64,000 nt of DNA from Salinarimonas sp. GTDB taxonomy: Bacteria > Pseudomonadota > Alphaproteobacteria > Rhizobiales > Beijerinckiaceae. The stretch lies in the NCBI GenBank assembly GCA_051117315.1, contig JBNPEA010000045.1, positions 4,842-68,841 of the forward strand, in the 5' to 3' direction. Positions 8,554 to 18,348 of the stretch are shown here, one piece after another. Numbering within the stretch: the first letter of the stretch is position 1; every line of letters starts with the position of its first letter. The position numbers and the translations under genes were made by a program. Below the pieces are notes generated by a model that was given only the letters and a program-made list of their open reading frames with translations, ran no database searches and was not told where the DNA came from.

Positions 8554-10656
8554 CTACAGGCTCAGCGCCACCCGCATCCCCTCCAGCATCGCCGCGTGCA
8601 TGTTGCGCGAGGCCACGGCGTCGCCGATGCGGGCGAGGACGAAGCGGCCCTGCGGGTTCTCTCCGGGGTAGTCGAAGCGGTCCTGCGCGATGCGGTCGAG
8701 CCCGAGCACGCCGGCGTTCGAGGCGTGCGGCACCAGCGCGTGGTAGATCTCGTCGAGCGCAACGGTGCCGTTCTCGGCGACGAGCGTGTCGGCCTCGATC
8801 ACGTCCGGCTCGCCGGTGAGCGTGTTCGCCAGCCGCACCGCCACGCCGTTGCCGCGCGGCTCGACGCCTTCGAGCGTCCGGTTCGGCACGATGCGGACGC
8901 CCAGCCTGAAGAGCGCGCGCAGCGCCACCGCGCGGGTGGTGGGGCCGAGCTCCTGCAGCGGCATCTCGTCGGGCGTGACGAAGATCACCTGGGCCCCCCG
9001 GCGCGCCGCGACCTCCGCCGCGGTCGCGGCGGCGTGACCGCCGATCTCGTCGTAGACCACGACCCGGCCCTCCGGGCGCACCCCGCCGCCGAGCAGGTCC
9101 CACACCGTCTCGATCCGGTCCGCGCCGGGCACGTCCGGCAGCGCCGGCAGGCCGCCGGTGGCGAGGACGACGGCGTCCGCCTCCGCCGCCAGCACGTCCG
9201 GCGCCTCGACATAGGCGTTGAGCCGCACGTCGACCCCCGCCCGCACGACCTCTTCGACGAGCCATTCGACGACGCCGAGCGTCTGGCGCCGCACCGTGCC
9301 GGCGCCCGCCAGCAACAGCTGGCCGCCGAGCCGCGGGGCGGCCTCGTGCAGCGTCACGGAATGCCCGCGCAGGGCCGCGACCCGCGCCGCCTCGAGCCCG
9401 CCCGGCCCGCCGCCGACGACGAGGACGCGCTTGCGCGCCCCGTCCGTCGGCGCGATCACGTGCGGCAGCGTGGTCTCGCGGCCGGTGGCGACGTTGTGGC
9501 CGCACACCGCCGCCTTGCCCTGGTTCACCCGGTCGACGCAGTAGCCGAGCCCGACGCACGGGCGGATGCGCTCCTCCTCCCCGCGGGCGAGCTTGGCCAC
9601 GAGGTGCGGGTCCGCCATGTGCGCGCGGGTCATGCCGACCATGTCGACGAGGCCTTCCTTGAGGGCGTAGCGCGCGGTGGCGAGATCCGCGACGCCCCCC
9701 GCCGCGAAGACCGGCAGGCCCACCGCGACGCGGATGCGCCCGGCGCTGGCGAGATGCCCGACCTCGCCCATGCCCATGGGCGGCACCCACTCGGCGAGGC
9801 CGAGATTGTCGTAGGGCGCGCCGGCGACGACGTTGAGGAAATCGATCGCTCCGGTCCGCGCCAGCGCCAGCGCGATCGCGACGCACGCGTCCCCGGTCAG
9901 CCCGCCGCCGCGGTGCTCGTCGCCGCCGATGCGCAGGCCGAGCGCCGGCTCCGGGCCGATCGCGTCGCGCACGGCGCGCACGATGTCGAGCACGACGGCG
10001 AGCCGGCGCTCCAGCGGCCCGCCGAGCGCATCCTCCCGTCGGTTGGCGTGCGGCGTCAGGAACTGGCCCAGCAGGTGGCCGTGGACGAGGAGCTCGACGC
10101 CGTCGAAGCCGGCGGCGACGCAGCGCCGCGCGGCGCGGGCGAAGTCGCCGCGTATGCGGCGGATGTCGGCGGGCTCGATCGCCTTGGGAATGGCGCGGTG
10201 GGCGCGCTCGCGCAGCGGCGAGGGTGCCACCGTGGGCAGCCAGGCGCCGTCGTCCCACAGCGTGCGCCGGCCCATGTGCGTGAGCTGGCACATGATCGCC
10301 GCGCCGTGCGCCTTCACGCCCTCGGTCAGCGCCCGGAACCAGGGCAGGATCGAATCGTCCCCCGCGTAGAGCTGGCCGAACACCGACGGGCTGTCGACCG
10401 AGACGTTGGTGGAGCCGCCCACCATGGTCAGCGCGAGCCCGCCCTTCGCCTTCTCGGCATGGTAGGCGGCGTAGCGCTCCCGCGGGTGCCCGCCCTCGGC
10501 GAAGGAGGGGGCGTGGGCGGTCGAGAGGATGCGGTTGCGCAGGACGAGCCGCCCCACCCGCACCGGCGTCAGCAGCGGGTCCGCCGCCGCGTCGGGCGGG
10601 TGCGCCCGCGGCCCGCCGCTACCACCACCTCCGTGATCGATGCCGTCCGTGCTCAT
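8554..10656 (-). CDS. two-domain flavoprotein: OYE-like NADH:flavin oxidoreductase fused to an FAD/NAD(P)-binding domain (2,4-dienoyl-CoA reductase-like architecture)
   Basis: Start refined to MSTDGIDHGG (complement of 10654-10656). Has a TIM-barrel OYE-like N-terminal half (RNRILSTAH...YHAEKAKGG) and a VLVVGGGPGGLEAA Rossmann motif in the C-terminal half. Confidence 0.85.
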   Translation of the reverse strand: MSTDGIDHGGGGSGGPRAHPPDAAADPLLTPVRVGRLVLRNRILSTAHAPSFAEGGHPRERYAAYHAEKAKGGLALTMVGGSTNVSVDSPSVFGQLYAGDDSILPWFRALTEGVKAHGAAIMCQLTHMGRRTLWDDGAWLPTVAPSPLRERAHRAIPKAIEPADIRRIRGDFARAARRCVAAGFDGVELLVHGHLLGQFLTPHANRREDALGGPLERRLAVVLDIVRAVRDAIGPEPALGLRIGGDEHRGGGLTGDACVAIALALARTGAIDFLNVVAGAPYDNLGLAEWVPPMGMGEVGHLASAGRIRVAVGLPVFAAGGVADLATARYALKEGLVDMVGMTRAHMADPHLVAKLARGEEERIRPCVGLGYCVDRVNQGKAAVCGHNVATGRETTLPHVIAPTDGARKRVLVVGGGPGGLEAARVAALRGHSVTLHEAAPRLGGQLLLAGAGTVRRQTLGVVEWLVEEVVRAGVDVRLNAYVEAPDVLAAEADAVVLATGGLPALPDVPGADRIETVWDLLGGGVRPEGRVVVYDEIGGHAAATAAEVAARRGAQVIFVTPDEMPLQELGPTTRAVALRALFRLGVRIVPNRTLEGVEPRGNGVAVRLANTLTGEPDVIEADTLVAENGTVALDEIYHALVPHASNAGVLGLDRIAQDRFDYPGENPQGRFVLARIGDAVASRNMHAAMLEGMRVALSL

Positions 10657-10667
10657 CGTCGTCGTCC

Positions 10668-11510
10668 TCAGGCCGGTGCGCCGAGGATCGCGGCGACGAT
10701 GCTCTCCGGCGCGTCCTCCTGCACGAGGTGGCCGGCGTCGGGCACCGGGACGAGCCGCGCGCCGGGGATCATCCCCGCCAGCCGCTCCCCCTGGGAGAAC
10801 GGGATCCAGGCGTCCCTCTCGCCCCACAGCAGGGTGACGGGCGGCTCCAGCGCGCCGAGCCGGGGCTCGATGGCGTCGGTGAAGCGCTGGTCCATCTGGG
10901 CGATCTGGGCATAGAAGGCGGCCTTGCCCGGCGCGCTCAGCCAGGGACGCGCATGGACGGCCAGCGCCTCCTCCGGCAGCGGCCGATGCGCCGCCCCCGC
11001 GAGATACGCCCTCAGCATGGCCGCGTGCGCATAATCCGGCAGGGCTGCGAAGGCCGCTTCATGGGATCGCACGTGCTGCACGAAGGGCGAGCCCCAGGGC
11101 GCGAGGGCGACCGGGTCGACGAGGGTCAGGCGGGAGACCGTGAGCCCGTCGAGCAGGATCGCGCGCAGCACGGTGGCGCCGCCGAAGTCGTGGGCGAGCA
11201 CCTCGGGTCGCTCGAGCCCCCAGTGCCGCACGAGGGCGACGAGCAGGCGGTTCTGCACCCCGAGCGAGACGTCCGCGCCCGGGACCATGGCCGAGCGGCC
11301 GTAGCCGAGGAGGTCGAACCAGTACACCCGGCGCGCGCGCGCGATCCAGGGCACGATGCGGCGCCAAACCTGCGACGAGAACGGCGTGCCGTGCACCAGG
11401 ACGAGGGGCGGCGCCCCCGCCGCGCCGTCGCCGGCGCTGCCCCAGGCGACCGGGCGGCCCTCGTGCACGTAGCGGTGCGGCATGTCCAGCTCCGACGCGA
11501 CCGTGTCCAT
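10668..11510 (-). CDS. alpha/beta-fold hydrolase
   Basis: Start refined to MDTVASELD (complement of 11508-11510). Has LVLVHGTPFSS, an AHDFGG nucleophile-elbow variant, and a C-terminal DAGHLVQEDAPE. Confidence 0.85.
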   Translation of the reverse strand: MDTVASELDMPHRYVHEGRPVAWGSAGDGAAGAPPLVLVHGTPFSSQVWRRIVPWIARARRVYWFDLLGYGRSAMVPGADVSLGVQNRLLVALVRHWGLERPEVLAHDFGGATVLRAILLDGLTVSRLTLVDPVALAPWGSPFVQHVRSHEAAFAALPDYAHAAMLRAYLAGAAHRPLPEEALAVHARPWLSAPGKAAFYAQIAQMDQRFTDAIEPRLGALEPPVTLLWGERDAWIPFSQGERLAGMIPGARLVPVPDAGHLVQEDAPESIVAAILGAPA

Positions 11511-11602
11511 GGCCCCCTCCTGCGCGATGCACGATCCGGCCGCGCTCGCCGGCGTGATCGATCCCCCGGCGCGGTCGCGCCCAATGCGGATCGCTACCCG
11601 TG

Positions 11603-11644
11603 AGACGCGATTCATCGTTCATGATTGACACATATGCGCGTCTC
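11603..11644. promoter_or_regulatory. inverted repeat GAGACGCG-N26-CGCGTCTC enclosing an AT-rich TTGACA-containing stretch in the hydrolase/LysR divergent region
   Basis: Read directly from the sequence. Candidate LysR operator/promoter. Function is inferred only. Confidence 0.3.
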
Positions 11645-11701
11645 GCGTTTCCCTGTAGCGAAACCTCGTCACCGCTGCGTACCCCGGAGGGAAACGCGAG
11701 A

Positions 11702-12580
11702 ATGGGCAACGCGGAGCCCTCCTCCGCCGTGAGGCAGATCCTGCGCTCGGACGCGATGCGCGTGGCGCTGGCCGTGGTCGAGCTCGGCTCGGTGCGTCGC
11801 GCCGCCTCGGCCCTGTCGATGACGCCGTCGGCGGTCAGCAAGCAGCTCGTGCGCATCGAGCGCCAGCTCGGCCGCACGCTGTTCGTGCGCTCGCGCGACG
11901 GCGTGCGGCCCAATGGCGAGGGCCTGGCGCTGGCGAGCTACGCGCGGCGCTTCCTGGCGCTCGTCGCCGAGGTGGGCGAGCGCTTCGAGACGGATTTCGC
12001 CTCGCCGCGGGTGCGCCTGGGCGTCGCCGACGACGTCGGCCTCGTGCGGCTGCCGGCGGCGCTGGCGCAGGCCGCCGCGGCGGCGCCGGACGTGGCGGTT
12101 GAGCTGACGGTCGCCTCCTCCTCCGAGCTCCTCGCCCTCGCCGAGGCGGGCAAGCTCGATCTCGCGATCCTCTCCGACGGCGGCCCGCCCTTTCCCGCGG
12201 CGGCGCGCCGCCTGCGGCCGGAGCCGATGACCTGGTTCGGCCGCCGGGACGCCACCCTACCCACGGGCCCGCTGCCGCTCGCGGTGGCGGCGGAGGGCTG
12301 CCCCTGGCGTGCGCGGGCGCTCGCCATCCTCTCGGCCGCGAAGATCCCCTGGCGGATCGTCTGCACGAGCCCCTCCGCCGCCGGCCAGCTCGCGGCGGCC
12401 CGGATCGGCCTCGCCGTCGCGCCGCTGCCGGAGGCGGTCGCGGCCGGCCACGCCGAGCTCGCGCCGGTGCGCGCGTGCCTGCCGGAACTGCCCGCCTGCG
12501 CCCTGGCGCTGCTGGTATCGTCCCGTCCCGGCCGCGCGGTCCGCGCGGTGGCCGAGGCGGTGCGCGGCGCCTATGGCTGA
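11702..12580 (+). CDS. LysR-family transcriptional regulator
   Basis: Start refined to the ATG at 11702 (MGNAEP). HTH: MRVALAVVELGSVRRAASALSMTPSAVSKQLVRIERQLG. Divergent from the hydrolase/flavoprotein pair. Confidence 0.85.
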   Translation: MGNAEPSSAVRQILRSDAMRVALAVVELGSVRRAASALSMTPSAVSKQLVRIERQLGRTLFVRSRDGVRPNGEGLALASYARRFLALVAEVGERFETDFASPRVRLGVADDVGLVRLPAALAQAAAAAPDVAVELTVASSSELLALAEAGKLDLAILSDGGPPFPAAARRLRPEPMTWFGRRDATLPTGPLPLAVAAEGCPWRARALAILSAAKIPWRIVCTSPSAAGQLAAARIGLAVAPLPEAVAAGHAELAPVRACLPELPACALALLVSSRPGRAVRAVAEAVRGAYG

Positions 12581-12679
12581 TCGCCTCGGACGCGCCCGGC
12601 CCCCGGGGCGGCGATCCGGCCGCGAACGGCCGCGCCCCCGCGCCGTTGTCGGTCGGGTCGAACGGCGGAGCGCGACATC

Positions 12680-13480
12680 GTGGACGGGTCCATCATCCTC
12701 ATCGGCTTTCTCGCGAGCCTCGGCGCGGGTCTCGTCACCGGCGTCGGCGCCCTGCCGGTCCTGTTCGTCAAGCGCCTGCCCAAGCGCCTGGAGGACACGG
12801 CGCTGGGTTTCGCCGCCGGCGTGATGCTGGCCGCCTCGTTCTTCTCGCTCATCGGGCCGGGCATCACCTACGGGCAGTCGATCTTCGGCGTGGGCGCGCC
12901 GGCGGCGGCGGGGATCGTCGTCGCCTCCGTCCTCGCCGGCGGCTGGGCGCTCGACGTCATCAACCGTCGCGCCCCGCACGAGCACTTCGTCGGCGGGCGC
13001 GAGGGGCCGGGCGGGGACGATCCGGGAACGCGGGACAAGCGGGCGCGGATCTGGCTGTTCGTCGTGGCGATCGCGCTGCACAACCTGCCGGAGGGCCTCG
13101 CCGTCGGCGTCGCCTTCGGCGGCGACACGGTGGCGGAGGGCGTGCCGCTCGCCATCGCCATCGGTCTCCAGAACGCGCCGGAGGGTCTGTCGGTCGCCCT
13201 CGCCCTCGCCGGGCTCGGCTATTCCCGTACCACGGCGCTGGCCATCGCCACCGCCACCGGCGCGGTGGAGGGCGTCACCGGCCTCCTCGGCGTCACCGTG
13301 GTCACCCTCTCCGAGCCGCTGCTGCCCGTCGGCCTCGGCTTCGCGGCCGGCGCGATGCTGTTCGTGATCTCCCACGAGATCATCCCCGAGACCCACCGCT
13401 CGGGCCACCAGCGCCTCGCCAGCGCCGGGCTGATGATCGGCCTCGCCGTGATGACCTTCCTCGACACCGCGTTGGGGTGA
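12680..13480 (+). CDS. ZIP-family divalent metal transporter (ZupT-like)
   Basis: GTG start. Multi-pass membrane protein with HNLPEGLAVG and GLQNAPEGL motifs. Confidence 0.85.
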   Translation: MDGSIILIGFLASLGAGLVTGVGALPVLFVKRLPKRLEDTALGFAAGVMLAASFFSLIGPGITYGQSIFGVGAPAAAGIVVASVLAGGWALDVINRRAPHEHFVGGREGPGGDDPGTRDKRARIWLFVVAIALHNLPEGLAVGVAFGGDTVAEGVPLAIAIGLQNAPEGLSVALALAGLGYSRTTALAIATATGAVEGVTGLLGVTVVTLSEPLLPVGLGFAAGAMLFVISHEIIPETHRSGHQRLASAGLMIGLAVMTFLDTALG

Positions 13481-13501
13481 GAAACGCCGGCCGGCGCGCG
13501 C

Positions 13502-13975
13502 TCACGCGGCCCCCGGATCCTTCGAGGCCTTCTTCACCCAGCGCCCGTCCTCGTCCTGCGCCCAGTAGGAGGCCCCGTGCCCGGCGGCCGTCACGGTCTT
13601 CCAGCGCACCCGCGCCTCGGCCACGGCCTCGTCGTCGCCGCCGTCGAAGATCAGGATCACGCGCTGGTAGCGGCCGAGATCGGCGGGCAGCGGCGCGCCG
13701 TCGACGAGGAGGATCGCGTCGGGCGCGTTCAGGTCCGCCTCGCCCGCCTGGATCACCACCGTCTCCTCGCCCGCCTGCGGATCGGTCTCCGGCACGTGGG
13801 GCAGGAAGCTCTCGTCCTCGAAGGTCCAGAGCAGGTCGTCGAGCGCGTCGCGCCGCTCCTCGCCGGTGGTACGGATCGCGACGCGCCAGCCGGCGCCGCG
13901 CGCCTTGACGACGAGCCTGGGCAGTGTCTCCGCCAGGCTCGCCCGCTGCAGGTGGTAGAACCAGACGTCGCTCAT
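13502..13975 (-). CDS. holC: DNA polymerase III chi subunit
   Basis: Start refined to MSDVWFYHLQ (complement of 13973-13975). Contains LDDLLWTFEDESFLPH. Sits immediately downstream of pepA, a conserved pairing. Confidence 0.85.
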   Translation of the reverse strand: MSDVWFYHLQRASLAETLPRLVVKARGAGWRVAIRTTGEERRDALDDLLWTFEDESFLPHVPETDPQAGEETVVIQAGEADLNAPDAILLVDGAPLPADLGRYQRVILIFDGGDDEAVAEARVRWKTVTAAGHGASYWAQDEDGRWVKKASKDPGAA

Positions 13976-14006
13976 GCGACCGCCTCGGCGGGTCCGTGCG
14001 GACGCG

Positions 14007-15557
14007 TCACCCGCGCCCCTCGTAGTGATCGCGCACCAGCCGGTCGAGCAGGCGCACGCCCCAGCCGGAGGCGAAGGTGCGCACGATGTCGCTCTGCGGC
14101 GCGCCCATGCCGGTGCCGGCGATGTCGAGATGCGCCCACGGGGTGTCCTCCACGAAGCGCTTGAGGAACTGCGCCGCGGTGATCGAGCCGGCATGGCGCC
14201 CGCCGCCGACGTTCTTCATGTCGGCGAACTTCGAGTCGATCATCTTGTCGTAGGCCGGGCCGAGCGGCATGCGCCAGACCTTCTCGCCGGTCGCCTCGCC
14301 CGCCTCGGCGAGCCGCGCGGCGAGCGTGTCGTCGTTGGAGAACAGGCCGGCGTGCTCGTTGCCGAGCGCCACCAGGATCGCCCCGGTCAGCGTGGCGAGG
14401 TCGATCATGAAGACCGGCTCGAAGCGATCGCGCACGTAGGTCATCACGTCGGCCAGCACGAGCCGGCCCTCGGCGTCGGTGTTGATCACCTCGACCGTCT
14501 GGCCCGAGAGCGTCTCGACGATGTCGCCCGGGCGCTGGGCGCGCCCGTCGGGCATGTTCTCGACGAGGCCGATGGCGCCGACGATGTTGGCCTTGGCCTT
14601 GCGGGAGGCGAGCGCGTGCATGAGGCCCACGACGCAGGCCGCGCCGGCCATGTCGCCCTTCATGTCCTCCATGCCGCCGGCCGGCTTGATCGAGATGCCG
14701 CCGGTGTCGAACACCACGCCCTTGCCGATGAAGGCGACGGGCTTGTCCTTCTTGCCCCCGCCGTTCCAGCGCATGATCGCCACCCGCGCCGGGCGCTCGG
14801 AGCCCTGCGCCACGCCGAGGAGCGCGCGCATGCCGATCTTGGCGAGCTGCTTCTCGTCGAGGATCTCGACCTCGACGCCGGGCTTCTCCGGCGCCTGCGC
14901 CGCCTCGGCGAACTCCACGGGCCCGAGCACGTCCGCGGGCTCGTTGACGAGGTCGCGGGCGATCACGACGCCCTCGGCCAGCCCCTCGCGCAGCTTCGCC
15001 GCCTTCTTGGTGGCGGCGGGATCGGCGCAGCCGAGCACCAGCCGCCCGCCGGTCTTCTCCTCGCCGTTGTCGTCGCCGCCGTTGCCGTCGTCCTTCGACC
15101 CCTTGGACTCCTTCGCCTTCTTGCCCTTCTTCGACTTGTAGCGATCGAAGGCGTAGGCGCGCAGCCGCGCGCCGAGCGTCATCTCGGCGATGTCCTCGAC
15201 GCCGATCTCGCGCCCGGGGAAGTCGCAGATCACCGTGGCCTCGCGGCCGGCCGTGCGCCCGGCGACGACGGCGCCGAGCGCCACGAGATCGAGCGGCTCC
15301 TCGTCGCCCGCGCCGCCGATCCCGACGACGACGAGGCGGTCCGCGGCGAGGCCGGCGGGGGCGGGCAGCACCATCGCGCTCTTGGCCTTGCCCTTGAAGC
15401 GCTCCGCCTTGGCCGCGCGTGCGATCAGCCCCGCCGCCTCGCCCAGGAGGTCCAGCGCCACGGCGCCCGGCGCGAGGTCGGGGCCGACCAGCACGACGAG
15501 GTCGCCGCTCTGCGGCAGGGCGGGGGACTGGAACTCGATCTTCAGCGGCTCTGCCAT
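14007..15557 (-). CDS. pepA: leucyl aminopeptidase
   Basis: Start refined to MAEPLKIEF (complement of 15555-15557). Contains [23 protein letters not shown] and HLDIAGT. Confidence 0.95.
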   Translation of the reverse strand: MAEPLKIEFQSPALPQSGDLVVLVGPDLAPGAVALDLLGEAAGLIARAAKAERFKGKAKSAMVLPAPAGLAADRLVVVGIGGAGDEEPLDLVALGAVVAGRTAGREATVICDFPGREIGVEDIAEMTLGARLRAYAFDRYKSKKGKKAKESKGSKDDGNGGDDNGEEKTGGRLVLGCADPAATKKAAKLREGLAEGVVIARDLVNEPADVLGPVEFAEAAQAPEKPGVEVEILDEKQLAKIGMRALLGVAQGSERPARVAIMRWNGGGKKDKPVAFIGKGVVFDTGGISIKPAGGMEDMKGDMAGAACVVGLMHALASRKAKANIVGAIGLVENMPDGRAQRPGDIVETLSGQTVEVINTDAEGRLVLADVMTYVRDRFEPVFMIDLATLTGAILVALGNEHAGLFSNDDTLAARLAEAGEATGEKVWRMPLGPAYDKMIDSKFADMKNVGGGRHAGSITAAQFLKRFVEDTPWAHLDIAGTGMGAPQSDIVRTFASGWGVRLLDRLVRDHYEGRG

Positions 15558-15677
15558 GGAAACCTCGTCTGGGAGACGCGCCCGCGGGGGCGCTCGATTC
15601 GCGGTGTTCTCAGCGCAAGTTAGCCGAAGCCGGCGGCAGGACAAGGGCGACGCCCCATGGGGAAGGCCAACGCGGCC

Positions 15678-16457
15678 TCAGCGCAGCACCCCGTCGAGCG
15701 CCGGCAGCGAGACGATCGCGGCGAGCGCGATCAGGCCGTAGCAGATGCGCCGGAACACCACCTCGCCGGCGAGCCCGAACGCGCGCGAGCCCAGGAAGAG
15801 GCCGAGCCCGTAGAACGGTCCGATCACGAGCGCCAGGGCGAGGATCGGCGGCGTCAGCAGGCCGCCGACGAGGTAGGCCACCGCCGCGCCCAGCGCCGCG
15901 AGGACGATGAAGACGACGAGGTTCGCCCGCACCTCCGCCGCTTTCGCCCGCGAGCCGAGCCAGTAGGCGATGGCCGGCGGCCCGCCCACCTGCGCCGCCG
16001 CGGAGAGCAGGCCCGACACCATCCCGACCCCGAGCGTCAGCGGCGCGCGCGGGCGCCCGCCGTAGCGCCAGCCGGAGACGAGGAGCGCGAGCAGGGCGGC
16101 GATCAGCGCCACCAGCAGCCAGCGCATCGTGGTCTCCTCGACGAGGACCAGTGCCGCCGCCCCCGCCGGCACGCCGGCATAGGCGCCGAGCGCCATCCAC
16201 GACACCGCCCGCTTGTCGCAGGTGTGCCAGGCGGCGGGCACGAAGGGCGCGATCAGCACCGTGTCGATCAGGAGCAAGACCGGCGCCGCCACCTGCGGCC
16301 CGAGCGTCGAGGAGGCGAGGGGCATGAAGATCAGCCCGGCGCCGAAGCCCGAGAAGCCGCGGGCGCAGCCGGCCAGCAGCGCCGCGCCGGCGGCGAACCA
16401 GAGCGGAAAGCCGAGCACCTGCGCCGGCACGCCGATATTGACAAGCACGTCGGTCAC
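15678..16457 (-). CDS. TauE/SafE-family anion exporter (membrane protein)
   Basis: Start refined to the GTG (complement of 16455-16457), preceded by AGGAG. Polytopic hydrophobic protein with the repeated Gly-rich helices typical of the family. Confidence 0.75.
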   Translation of the reverse strand: MTDVLVNIGVPAQVLGFPLWFAAGAALLAGCARGFSGFGAGLIFMPLASSTLGPQVAAPVLLLIDTVLIAPFVPAAWHTCDKRAVSWMALGAYAGVPAGAAALVLVEETTMRWLLVALIAALLALLVSGWRYGGRPRAPLTLGVGMVSGLLSAAAQVGGPPAIAYWLGSRAKAAEVRANLVVFIVLAALGAAVAYLVGGLLTPPILALALVIGPFYGLGLFLGSRAFGLAGEVVFRRICYGLIALAAIVSLPALDGVLR

Positions 16458-16518
16458 GCGCGACTCCTGTCGTTCGCGCGACGTTCCCGCGCTGCCAGCG
16501 AATCGGCCCGACCCGACG

Positions 16519-17031
16519 ATGGACTCCATCCGTATTCTCGGCATCGACCCCGGCCTGCGCAAGATGGGCTGGGGCCTCGTCGTGGCCCAGGGCACGCGGC
16601 TGTCCTACGTCGCCTCGGGCGTGATCCAGTCCGACGGCGATCTCGACCTCGCGCTGCGCCTCGTCCAGCTCCACGACGGGCTCGTCGCCGTCGTCCGCGA
16701 GCACGCGCCCGACGAGGTCTCCGTCGAGGAGACGTTCGTCAACAAGGACGCGCAGGCCACGCTCAAGCTCGGCCACGCCCGGGCGATGGCGCTCTTGGTG
16801 CCCGCCCTGGCGGGGCTGCCGGTGGCGGAGTACGGGGCGAACCAGGTCAAGAAGACGGTGGTCGGCGTCGGCCACGCCGAGAAGGCGCAGGTCGCCGCCA
16901 TGGTGCGGGTGCTGCTGCCCAGGGCGAACCCCAAGACCGCCGACGCCGCCGACGCGCTCGCCATCGCCATCGCGCACGCGCACCATCGGAAAGCGCGCGC
17001 GCTCACTGCGACGTTGATGGCCGGGGCGTGA
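16519..17031 (+). CDS. ruvC: Holliday junction resolvase RuvC
   Basis: Start refined to the ATG at 16519. Contains [19 protein letters not shown]...[21 protein letters not shown]...ADALAIAI. Confidence 0.95.
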   Translation: MDSIRILGIDPGLRKMGWGLVVAQGTRLSYVASGVIQSDGDLDLALRLVQLHDGLVAVVREHAPDEVSVEETFVNKDAQATLKLGHARAMALLVPALAGLPVAEYGANQVKKTVVGVGHAEKAQVAAMVRVLLPRANPKTADAADALAIAIAHAHHRKARALTATLMAGA

Positions 17032-17035
17032 GACG

Positions 17036-17650
17036 ATGATCGGCAAGCTCAAGGGCGTGGTCGATTCCTACGGCGAGGACTTCGTCGTCCTCGACGTGCA
17101 GGGCGTGGGCTACGTGGCGCACTGCTCGGCGCGCACGCTGCAGCGGCTCCCCCCGGTGGGCGAGGCCGCCGTTCTCTCGATCGAGACCGTGGTGCGCGAG
17201 GACATGATCCGCCTCTACGGCTTCCGCTCGGATCCCGAGCGCGAGTGGTTCCGGCTGCTCCAGCTCGTCCAGGGCGTCGGCGCGCGGGTCGCGCTGGGCA
17301 TCCTCTCGGTGCTGGAGCCGACCGCGCTCGCCACCGCCATCGCCTCGGGCGACAAGGCGGCCGTCGCCCGCGCGCCGGGCGTGGGGCCCAAGCTCGCCGC
17401 CCGCATCGTCGCGGAGATGAAGGACAAGGCCCCCGCCTTCGCGCCGATCGACCCGGTCATGGCGGGCCTCTCCGGCGGCGAGGGCGCGGCGGAGCCCGGC
17501 CCGGCGCAGGATGCGGTCTCGGCGCTGGTCAATCTCGGCTACGGCCAGTCGCAGGCCGCCGCCGCGATCGCGACCGTCTCGAGATCGGCGGGCGAGGGCG
17601 CGACGACGGCGCAGCTCATTCGCATGGGGCTCAAGGAGCTGGCGCGCTGA
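17036..17650 (+). CDS. ruvA: Holliday junction branch-migration protein RuvA
   Basis: Contains [26 protein letters not shown]...[13 protein letters not shown]...[13 protein letters not shown]. Confidence 0.95.
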   Translation: MIGKLKGVVDSYGEDFVVLDVQGVGYVAHCSARTLQRLPPVGEAAVLSIETVVREDMIRLYGFRSDPEREWFRLLQLVQGVGARVALGILSVLEPTALATAIASGDKAAVARAPGVGPKLAARIVAEMKDKAPAFAPIDPVMAGLSGGEGAAEPGPAQDAVSALVNLGYGQSQAAAAIATVSRSAGEGATTAQLIRMGLKELAR

Positions 17651-17694
17651 GCAGCGTCTTGGACGGGGCCGGGGGGCACGACGAAAGGAAACGC

Positions 17695-18342
17695 ATGACC
17701 ATGCCCACCCGCCGCGCGGCCCTGGCGAGCCTCCTCGCCGCACCTCTCGCCGGCATCGCCGCGACCCGCGCCGCGCCGGCGCAGGCGCAGGAGACCGTCG
17801 CCCCCCGCCGCATCCCCGGCGAGCTCGCCGAGCGGGCGCGAACCCTGCCGGCGCTGGTGCCGGTGGGGGACGTCTCCGGCGACGTCGTCTTCGTCGAGTT
17901 CCTCGACTACAATTGCCCCTGGTGCCGCGCCTCCGCCGGGCATCTCGAGGCGCTCTCCGCCATGCCCGGCGTCGGCGTGCTGCTGGCCAACTACCCGATC
18001 CTGTCCGACGCCTCGCGGGAGGCGGCGGCGATCGCGCTCGGCGTCCTCGCCCATGCCGGACCGGACGCCTATCGCGGCGTCCACGCGGCGCTGTTCGCCG
18101 CGCGCGGCCTCGTCGACGGGGCGCGCGCGCTCGCCGTCGTCGAGGAGGCGGGGCTCGACGTCGATGCGGTGGGCCGCGCCGCCGCGCTGCCGGGAATCGC
18201 GCCGGCGCTCGCCGACATCCTCCTCACCGGGCGCCAGCTCGGCTTCGACGCCACGCCCGCGACCTGCGTCGGACCCTGGGCCTGGGAGGGCTACATCGAC
18301 CTCGCGACCAAGCGGCGCATCGTCGCCGACCTGCGCGCCTGA
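17695..18342 (+). CDS. periplasmic DsbA-family thiol:disulfide oxidoreductase-like protein
   Basis: Start refined to the ATG at 17695. Has a twin-arginine/Sec-like leader (MTMPTRRAALASLLAAPLAG) and an FLDYNCPWCRA CxxC motif. Confidence 0.8.
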   Translation: MTMPTRRAALASLLAAPLAGIAATRAAPAQAQETVAPRRIPGELAERARTLPALVPVGDVSGDVVFVEFLDYNCPWCRASAGHLEALSAMPGVGVLLANYPILSDASREAAAIALGVLAHAGPDAYRGVHAALFAARGLVDGARALAVVEEAGLDVDAVGRAAALPGIAPALADILLTGRQLGFDATPATCVGPWAWEGYIDLATKRRIVADLRA

Positions 18343-18348
18343 GCCGCG

